From Candidatus Hydrogenedentota bacterium (GTDB taxonomy: Bacteria > Hydrogenedentota > Hydrogenedentia > Hydrogenedentales > SLHB01), in contig BTVY01000064.1 of the NCBI GenBank assembly GCA_045863335.1, forward strand, positions 1 to 29,378: a DNA stretch of 29,378 nt, written 5' to 3'. Positions 22,705-29,378 of this stretch are shown piece after piece; positions within the stretch are counted from its first letter, which is position 1; every line of letters starts with the position of its first letter. The notes beneath the pieces are model-generated. The model was not told where the DNA came from. It saw only the letters and a program-made list of their open reading frames with translations, and ran no database searches. A program made the position numbers and the translations under genes.

Positions 22705-23337
22705 CTATGCCCTGGCCAGCCGAATTGCTAACGCGATATAGACCGCGGCGACCGCCCACCTCATGTAACGGCCGGCACTGGCGAGCGGACCCCTGCGCAG
22801 CCATTCGCTGACCTGCCCCGCGAAAAGGCCGATGGCGCCGAAGATGATCACCACTTGCGCCGTGAACACGATACCGAGCAGCACCATCTGCATCCACACC
22901 GGCCCGCGTTCCGGCGATGCGAACTGCGGCAGGAACGCGAGAAAGAAGAGGGCCACCTTGGGATTGAGCAAGTTCATGAGCACGCCGCGCACGAACAGCG
23001 CGCGTCCGTTAATGTGCACTGTTTCCGGACTGGTATCACCGGCATCGCTTGCGGGCGTTCGCACCGTCTTCCAGGCCAGGTACACGAGGTAGAGAACGCC
23101 GGCAATCTTCAGTCCCTGGAACGCGAGCGCGGATGTTCGGAATATGACGGATACGCCCAGCGCCGCGCCGATCGTGTGAACCAGGCATCCGCTGGCAAGG
23201 CCCATCGCGGTCGAGAATCCGGCGCGCCGCCCTTTGGAAACACCTTGCGCGATGAGAAAGATGATGTCCGGCCCCGGCGCGAGGGTCAGAACCACCGAGG
23301 CACAAGTAAAGATGACGAACGTTGAGAAATCAGGCAT
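22705..23337 (-). CDS. LysE/RhtB-family amino-acid efflux translocator
   Basis: 210 aa. APGPD, GRRAG, GVLYLVYLAW, GVLMNLLNPKVALFFLAFLPQF. Confidence 0.93.
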   Translation of the reverse strand: MPDFSTFVIFTCASVVLTLAPGPDIIFLIAQGVSKGRRAGFSTAMGLASGCLVHTIGAALGVSVIFRTSALAFQGLKIAGVLYLVYLAWKTVRTPASDAGDTSPETVHINGRALFVRGVLMNLLNPKVALFFLAFLPQFASPERGPVWMQMVLLGIVFTAQVVIIFGAIGLFAGQVSEWLRRGPLASAGRYMRWAVAAVYIALAIRLARA

Positions 23338-23416
23338 GGCTTATCGTAGTCAAAACGACGTGGCCGTTGCATGGTTCGGATTGATTGTCGGATTGGAAAT
23401 TCCCGATGTTCTTTGG

Positions 23417-23803
23417 TCAGAGTAGGAGGTCCAGCCAATCATCGACGAAGCCGCGCCTGACCGAATTCTCGCTGAGAAAGAGGGGGACCAGCCGGAACGA
23501 ATAGAGAAACAGGGGCCATGCAACGCCGCATACCATGAAGAGCAATGCAGATGGTTTGCGTTTCGGCCCGCCGGGACGTGAGGCCATGCGCCAACGAACG
23601 ATCAGCGAATACGCAATTCCCGCGATAATCAGGAGCGGCATTGCGGGAAGCGATATAAACGTTGGGATGAATGCCACCTCGGCGGCATTCGTGAGCCAGC
23701 GTGACTCGGTAAAACGGCTCACTTGAATAATGAGTGGCAAGAGAGTCAGCACCATCGCAGTCGATGCGAGATTACCGTAGACGATCCGTTCTCGTCTTGT
23801 CAT
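23417..23803 (-). CDS. Small hypothetical membrane protein (about 3 TM)
   Basis: 128 aa from ATG 23803 (SD GGAGGT). Three hydrophobic segments with a basic loop; candidate promoter immediately upstream. Confidence 0.6.
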   Translation of the reverse strand: MTRRERIVYGNLASTAMVLTLLPLIIQVSRFTESRWLTNAAEVAFIPTFISLPAMPLLIIAGIAYSLIVRWRMASRPGGPKRKPSALLFMVCGVAWPLFLYSFRLVPLFLSENSVRRGFVDDWLDLLL

Positions 23804-23846
23804 ACGACCTCCACCCCAGTGTCCCAGAGCGACGCCCCTACTGCAC

Positions 23847-23875
23847 ATTATACCCTCTTCGGCGGCGGCTGGCAC
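23847..23875 (-). promoter_or_regulatory. Candidate sigma70-type promoter for the small membrane protein
   Basis: Minus strand GTGCCA (23875-23870), 17 nt, perfect TATAAT (23852-23847). This argues against the ORF-track start at 23881. Confidence 0.5.
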
Positions 23876-23903
23876 CATCATAGAATCAAACCTGCATTCT
23901 CGC

Positions 23904-26243
23904 CTACTCGATAAATCCGTGGTAGCGGCCCATGTAGTAGGGCAAGAGGTAGAAGGTCCCTTCGTGTTCGGACCAGCCGTCGTCTTCGCTCGCGTCGAGC
24001 TTAAACCCGTCGCGATCCTGGCGGACGTGGCTGCGCTCTTCGATGGGCAGCGCTTTTCGGTCGACTTTTGACCAGCCCACGTCGGGCTCCTGGGTTGGCG
24101 TGGGATCGAGTTCCACGTCGAGGCGGTGGCTGTTCTTCATCTCCCAGCCGATCAGTTCCAACGGCATTTTCCGGAGCGTGTCGAGGCTGTCGTCAATCGC
24201 GCAGTCGAATGTGGCGAATCGCTTCGCGTATTGCGCGGCATAGGGACCTGAATCCGGGAACGCGCCGTCAAAGTAGTTCTGCTCAACCAGAAACGCGAAA
24301 CGTTGCGCGCCTGCGCCGTAGGCGAAGTTCCAGAATGGGTTCTTCTGACGGCTGATAAACTGCCAGAAGTCTTCAAGGCTTTGCCGGTATAGCAGGAGCA
24401 ATTCGGGATCGGTCTCGTACTGCATGAGCGGGTAGAAACAGAGCAGACCGAGGTTGTTGTCCCAGGGAACGACGTTCGCCGGTGGGAAGGTCGGGCGCGG
24501 GATCATCATGTTGATGTGATAGCTGTACTCGTCGCGGAGCATCTTGGCCGTCTCGGCGTATTTGGCATCGCCAGTCACGTGCTCGGCAACCGACAGCATG
24601 CCGAGCATCATCATGGAGTTGAGCCCGCGCTGGGGCCAGCCGTTTTCGCTGTCGAGGAAATCCGGACCAAAGCGTCCCCAGCGGGTGGGCGTGCCGTCGT
24701 GGTCCACCAGATTGAAATCGTTGCGGATGAGATGGTCGGTGACATCGCGAACGACTTCGCGGACAGGCGCCTTCTCTTCTTCCGTTTCCGTCACAAGATC
24801 GTAATAGACGCCGTAGAAGAAGTAGTGGCCGGATAATTCATCGGAACTCGTATCGCATTTCCACAGGTACTTGCCGTCTTCGCTGGTCACGAACCGCGGC
24901 GTGATCAGTTTCCAGAAGGGATCCTCTTCGCGTCTTTTGCGGTTGAACTCGTCGTTGAGGATCTCGTTCACCGGTTCCGGCCAGTCGATGGGGATGAGTA
25001 CGCGCGCCGGAAATCCCTTCATCGAATCCGGCACGATATCCACGAGCCGTTTGCACGCGTCGAAGCTGCGTTTTGCCAACGCCTTGGCCTCGGGGTCTTT
25101 CGTAATCGCGTAACGATACGCCATGGCCGCGCCGTACCACGACGTGTAGAGCCCGTCGTTGTCCGTGATGCTGGGCACCGCGCTGGTCACGTCGCCCCGG
25201 CGTTCGAGAGTCCAGTTGGTGATGTAACCGTCGCGGTTGTGGCGCGTCTCGACCTGATTCGTGAAGTAGGCCGCCTTCGATTCCAGCGTCATCGATCCGC
25301 GATGGATGCAACTGATCCCGCCGCGTGTGGCGATCCAGGCCGTGCCGTCCGGTTCCACGGCGATGTCGTTTACGTAATCGTCCGGCAACCAGCGGAGGCT
25401 CGCGCGGTAGGACCAGTGATCTCCATCAAACCGAATCGCGCCGCGTTCGGTCCCGAACCAGACGGCGCCGTTCTCTCCGGCCGTCGCACAGGTGAAGTGG
25501 TCGTAGGGCAGCCCTTCGTCGCCGCTGTACAGGCTCCAGCTTTCGCCATCCAGCACGCCGACCCCGAGGTCCGAACCAAACCAGAGCCGGCCCCTGGAGT
25601 CGAAAACGACCGCGCTGACATTGCGTGGATTCCAGGAGTACTTCGCATCGGCGGGAGCCAGCGATACGAACTCGCCCTTATCGCCTTCGCGCAGGTAAAG
25701 CCCATCGTCGGCTCCTACGGCGATGGAGCGATTCGGGCCGGCTGCGACGGAAAGAACCAGGCTATCGGAACGGAATGCCACCCGCCGTTTCTTCGCCGAG
25801 TCTTCCCATACTTGGGAGCCTGTGGCCATCACCGACATACCGTCCGGCCATTGGGAACCGTCGATGATGCGGTCTTCTTCCTGCGCATCGCCCGCATCTC
25901 CGCGGTAGGCCTTGCCTGAGGTGCTGGCCACAAAACTGTGCTGCGCCGAATCGGACACATGCTCAAAGAACGGCCGCACCCAGTACCAAGTCTCGCCGTC
26001 GAACTCGAGTAGCTCGATATTCTGAAGCGTCGAGATGGCGCCGGCGACGACGCGGCCGTCGTCCGTGAGCGCGATGCTCGTGACATTGGCCAGCCTCGAA
26101 CCGTCCGGCAGCGAATCGCCGGGAAGTCCCGCGCCGAAGGCATAGCTCGTGCGCGCTTCCTGCGGGAATGGCTCATTGATGATGGCCTGGGCATGGGCGC
26201 CAAGCGCGAAGGTGAATACGGCGAGATAGCACAAGGATTTCAT
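23904..26243 (-). CDS. Secreted beta-propeller + helical-domain protein, paralog of 177..2444
   Basis: 779 aa from ATG 26243 (SD GAGGA); signal peptide MKSLCYLAVFTFALGAHA-Q. Carries the same motif series (VWFGTERGAIR, TDNDGLYTS, GFPAR, SEDGKY.WKCDTSSDE, VVPWD, PIEERSH, EGT.YLLPYYM). Confidence 0.82.
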   Translation of the reverse strand: MKSLCYLAVFTFALGAHAQAIINEPFPQEARTSYAFGAGLPGDSLPDGSRLANVTSIALTDDGRVVAGAISTLQNIELLEFDGETWYWVRPFFEHVSDSAQHSFVASTSGKAYRGDAGDAQEEDRIIDGSQWPDGMSVMATGSQVWEDSAKKRRVAFRSDSLVLSVAAGPNRSIAVGADDGLYLREGDKGEFVSLAPADAKYSWNPRNVSAVVFDSRGRLWFGSDLGVGVLDGESWSLYSGDEGLPYDHFTCATAGENGAVWFGTERGAIRFDGDHWSYRASLRWLPDDYVNDIAVEPDGTAWIATRGGISCIHRGSMTLESKAAYFTNQVETRHNRDGYITNWTLERRGDVTSAVPSITDNDGLYTSWYGAAMAYRYAITKDPEAKALAKRSFDACKRLVDIVPDSMKGFPARVLIPIDWPEPVNEILNDEFNRKRREEDPFWKLITPRFVTSEDGKYLWKCDTSSDELSGHYFFYGVYYDLVTETEEEKAPVREVVRDVTDHLIRNDFNLVDHDGTPTRWGRFGPDFLDSENGWPQRGLNSMMMLGMLSVAEHVTGDAKYAETAKMLRDEYSYHINMMIPRPTFPPANVVPWDNNLGLLCFYPLMQYETDPELLLLYRQSLEDFWQFISRQKNPFWNFAYGAGAQRFAFLVEQNYFDGAFPDSGPYAAQYAKRFATFDCAIDDSLDTLRKMPLELIGWEMKNSHRLDVELDPTPTQEPDVGWSKVDRKALPIEERSHVRQDRDGFKLDASEDDGWSEHEGTFYLLPYYMGRYHGFIE

Positions 26244-26394
26244 TTCAATTCCTCGGTACAAAACGTTCTGCGAGTCGGCAGGCCCCGGGGCGGGCCCGCT
26301 AGAGCAACTATAGAGCCTTTGGTCGTGAATTTCGAGGGCGATCCCGGATTCCATCGGGTTAGTGTAGAATAGCGGCAAGTGGAGGAATATTGAA

Positions 26395-26688
26395 ATGCCC
26401 CCCAATCAAAGCGAGATCATGGAGTATCTTCGAGAATCGAAAACCCGATTCAGAAAAGAGTATGGCGTCCTTCGCATTGGCCTATTCGGATCTACCTCTA
26501 GAAACGAACAGACCCCGACCAGCGATACCGATATCCTTGTTTCCATGGATTCACCAACGTTTGATCGCTACATGGATCTCAAATTCGAGTTGGAGGACCG
26601 TTTCGGCACGACTGTGGATCTTGTGCTGGTGGATAATGTGAAGGACCGGCTTCGCAAGAAGGTCGAGCAGGACGCCCTGTATGCCTAG
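26395..26688 (+). CDS. mntA: Minimal nucleotidyltransferase (MNT) antitoxin
   Basis: 97 aa with GS-x10-DxD motif (FGSTSRNEQTPTSDTD) and VDLV; SD GGAGG. Confidence 0.9.
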   Translation: MPPNQSEIMEYLRESKTRFRKEYGVLRIGLFGSTSRNEQTPTSDTDILVSMDSPTFDRYMDLKFELEDRFGTTVDLVLVDNVKDRLRKKVEQDALYA

Positions 26689-27016
26689 AGATTGGCAACT
26701 GCAACTGGACGACATCGAAGAAGCGATTGGCCGTATCAAGCGATATACAGAGAACATTGATTTCGACGGTTTTGAGGAAGACGAGCGAACTCAAGATGCG
26801 GTGATTCGAAATCTCGAGATTATTGGTGAAGCTGCTAGATCACTTCCCGGGGATATCCAAGACCGATGCCCTGGAATTGAGTGGAGAAAGATCGTTGCCC
26901 TTCGCAATATCCTCATTCATGCCTATTTCGGCGTCAATCTTTCGATCATTTGGGACGTCGTCACGACCAAGCTCGACTCGCTTCTGGTCGCGGTACAGAA
27001 TCTGCGTCAGCGCTGA
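26681..27016 (+). CDS. hepT: HEPN (DUF86) ribonuclease toxin
   Basis: 111 aa; DAVIRNLEIIGEAA and the R-x4-H-x-Y motif RNILIHAY. Overlaps the MNT gene by 8 bp. Confidence 0.9.
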   Translation: MPRDWQLQLDDIEEAIGRIKRYTENIDFDGFEEDERTQDAVIRNLEIIGEAARSLPGDIQDRCPGIEWRKIVALRNILIHAYFGVNLSIIWDVVTTKLDSLLVAVQNLRQR

Positions 27017-27036
27017 GCACAGGCCTTAGGCCAAAA

Positions 27037-29322
27037 CTAATTCCGGAACAACTGCGGGGTATAGGGTTCGTCGACGCTGAACTGGACGCTGTCGGTTTCG
27101 CCGGTGGGGGTCATGCAGGTCAGTCTGTGGGCACCGGTGCTGAGATCGAGGAAGAGATCCTTGCCGGGGCCGGATGCGCCGAGATACTTCTCGTCGATAT
27201 ACCAGTGGAGCGAGGTCGAGGTGTCGATGGAGGCGCGGAGTTTGATGCGATCCGCGTTGGGTTCGCGCGTCAATACGAATTCCGCCTGATGGGAGGGCGC
27301 GAGGATACGCAATCCTTTGGACTGGCCGCCGTCGCCTTCGCGCGGAGACAGGGGCGAGTCGATCTTGGCGAGGTTCCATCCCTTCGCGCTGGCGGGCCAG
27401 CGCTCGATGATGCGTTCATTATCCGCAGGATAATGAACGTCGCATTGCCGATTCAGATAGAGCCCGGTGGGCAGGACCGCGGTTGCGGTGCGTTCGCACC
27501 AGCGTGACGCGGGTAGTCCGCTCGCGGCGCAAACCTGGGTTTCGCGCAAGTTGCCATCCACATCTGGCCAGGCCGATCCGGAGCCGGGTTTCAGCGCGCG
27601 AAAGATCTTACCCGCCAACGGCAAGGCGGCGCGGGAACCGATCAAGCGGCTGGACGAACGGCCATCGTTGTTGCCCAGCCAGACGGCGACAACGTACTGG
27701 CTGTTGAAGATGACGGTCCACGCGTCGTGGAGACCCGTGGAGGTGCCAGTCTTCCAACACACGCGGGGCGTGTATCCGGCGGCTTGCACGATATCGCGAT
27801 GGAATTCGCCCGGCAGGGGTTGCTCCATCATTTCGTAGAGCGCGAGACAGGTGCTGCGCGACAACAATTCCTTTCCTTCCACCTTGGAATCGCTATCGAG
27901 TTCACGCAACGGACGCCACTTGCCGAGGCTGGCGATCATGCAGTAGGCGGCCGCAAGTTCGTCGAGGCGGACCTCGCAGTTGCCCAGCGTCAAACCCAGG
28001 CCGTAGTACTCCGCCGAACGCGTGAAGGTCGTGAGGCCCGCGTCCTTGAGGAAGCGGTACATGGGGTCCGGCCCCATCCGGTTCAGCACCATCACGGCGG
28101 GTACGTTGAGCGACCGCTGCAAGGCGTACGACGCGGAAACCAGCCCGCGATACTTGCCGTCGTAGTTCTCGGGATTGTAGAGGCCGTAGTCGAGGGAATC
28201 GTCCAGGAGCATTTCCGACGGATAGAGTTGGTTCTCTTCAATCGCCAGGGCGTACGTAAACGGTTTCAACGCGGAACCCGGGGAACGTGCGGCGCGCGTT
28301 GCATCGACCTGACCGCCGCCGGGGGTGTTGAAGAAATCCGCCGAACCGATCCGCGCCAGGACCGACGCGGTGGGCACATCGATGATCAGCACCGCAGCGT
28401 TGGTGATGTCGTTATCAAAGGTCTTCAGCCACTCCACAATGGCCCGTTCCGCCATCTCCTGCACGCGCAGGTCGAGGGTCGTCGTCACGCGGTGCCCGGT
28501 AAGCACCCGGTCCCGATGCCACATGGCGAGATGGGGCGCCGCCTGCGGATACTCGTTCCATTGCGCGGCGAGCGGTTGCCTGGATACACGCTCGCAGGTC
28601 GTGGCGTCGATGAAGCCTTCGTCGCGCATGCGCTGCAGCACGTAGTTGCGCCGCGCCAACGCGCGTTCCGGATGCTCGATGGGCATTAGCCCCGACGGGG
28701 ACTTGGGCAGCCCGGCGAGCAGTGCGGACTCGGAGAGGGTCAGCTCTTTGGCCGTCTTCCCGAAGTAGCGACGCGCTGCCGCTTCGCATCCAACGAGGTT
28801 CAAGCCGTACGGCGCGGTATTGAGGTAAGCGCAGAGAATCTCGTCCTTCGAAACATGCCTTTCCAACCGGAGCGCCTGCATGGCCTGCCACGCCTTACCA
28901 GGCAGCGACCGCGATGGTTGACCGTTCAGCTTGACGACCTGCATGGTCAGCGTCGACGCGCCTGACTCGATGCCCAGTCCGGTCAAATTCTGCACGACGG
29001 CGCGGCCGACCGCGATAGGATCTACGCCGTGGTGCGAGCGGAACCGCTGGTCCTCCGTGGCGATGGTCGCTTGCACGAGGTACGGACTGATCGCGTCCAG
29101 GTCGCGGGGAAATTGCCATTGCTCTTCCTCGTTGAGGAAGGCGTACATGAGACGGCCGTTGCGGTCGAAGAGTTCGCCGGAAGGCTGGAGTGTGAGGTAG
29201 GGCGCGGGATCCAGGGGGGTGAACACGATGGCCAGGAACGCGCCGAGCGCAACGATTGCGCCGGCGAGCATGGGCCAACGTGCTTGGCGAAGGAATCGGC
29301 TATGGCGTAATCGACTCAGCAT
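27037..29322 (-). CDS. pbpC: Penicillin-binding protein 1C (transglycosylase/transpeptidase)
   Basis: 761 aa with an N-terminal anchor. TG motifs EDQRF.SHHGVD, GASTLTMQ, YLNTAPYG; TP motifs SALK, SLN, KTGTS; PBP1C-type C-terminal domain (LHWYID...GAHRLT). Confidence 0.92.
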   Translation of the reverse strand: MLSRLRHSRFLRQARWPMLAGAIVALGAFLAIVFTPLDPAPYLTLQPSGELFDRNGRLMYAFLNEEEQWQFPRDLDAISPYLVQATIATEDQRFRSHHGVDPIAVGRAVVQNLTGLGIESGASTLTMQVVKLNGQPSRSLPGKAWQAMQALRLERHVSKDEILCAYLNTAPYGLNLVGCEAAARRYFGKTAKELTLSESALLAGLPKSPSGLMPIEHPERALARRNYVLQRMRDEGFIDATTCERVSRQPLAAQWNEYPQAAPHLAMWHRDRVLTGHRVTTTLDLRVQEMAERAIVEWLKTFDNDITNAAVLIIDVPTASVLARIGSADFFNTPGGGQVDATRAARSPGSALKPFTYALAIEENQLYPSEMLLDDSLDYGLYNPENYDGKYRGLVSASYALQRSLNVPAVMVLNRMGPDPMYRFLKDAGLTTFTRSAEYYGLGLTLGNCEVRLDELAAAYCMIASLGKWRPLRELDSDSKVEGKELLSRSTCLALYEMMEQPLPGEFHRDIVQAAGYTPRVCWKTGTSTGLHDAWTVIFNSQYVVAVWLGNNDGRSSSRLIGSRAALPLAGKIFRALKPGSGSAWPDVDGNLRETQVCAASGLPASRWCERTATAVLPTGLYLNRQCDVHYPADNERIIERWPASAKGWNLAKIDSPLSPREGDGGQSKGLRILAPSHQAEFVLTREPNADRIKLRASIDTSTSLHWYIDEKYLGASGPGKDLFLDLSTGAHRLTCMTPTGETDSVQFSVDEPYTPQLFRN

Positions 29323-29323
29323 G

Positions 29324-29378
29324 ACACGGACCTACACGGACCTACACGGACCTACACGGACCTACACGGACCTACACG
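29324..29378 (+). repeat. 10-bp tandem repeat (CTACACGGAC)n, truncated by the window end
   Basis: 55 nt of perfect repeat, same unit and orientation as 1-55. Begins 1 nt beyond the pbpC start codon. Confidence 0.98.

Noticed and set aside
1-29378. Whole window as a plasmid, prophage or ICE
   Set aside because: No replication, partition, integrase, conjugation or virion genes. The content is chromosomal-type metabolism and envelope genes.

Overview
A GC-rich bacterial chromosomal segment. The DUF1501 + DUF1549/DUF1553 pair and general style suggest a PVC-like or Ca. Hydrogenedentota-like organism (inference only). It holds 19 credible CDS: two paralogous secreted beta-propeller + helical-domain proteins, a GNAT, an orphan histidine kinase, a GH38-like protein, a HAD phosphatase, a DapA-like lyase, DUF1501, a giant cytochrome-c/LRR/DUF1549/DUF1553 protein, a ZIP transporter, a DUF4114-TPR lipoprotein, a PL10 pectate lyase, an archaeal-type thymidylate synthase, a LysE exporter, a small membrane protein, an MNT-HEPN toxin-antitoxin pair and pbpC. 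No rRNA, tRNA, CRISPR, transposase or phage genes were seen. The main points of interest are: (1) five tandem 7-Cys/1-His metallothionein-like modules inside the DUF1549/1553 cytochrome protein, next to a ZIP transporter; (2) a full-length GH38 whose catalytic nucleophile Asp appears replaced by Phe, beside an atypical HAD and aldolase; (3) GGAC-core 9/10-mer tandem arrays at four loci, with exactly 55 nt of perfect repeat at each window end; (4) several unrelated REP/REPIN/MITE-like palindromes in intergenic DNA. Start codons were re-picked from Shine-Dalgarno evidence where the ORF track over-extends. All family calls come from motif recognition, not database searches.
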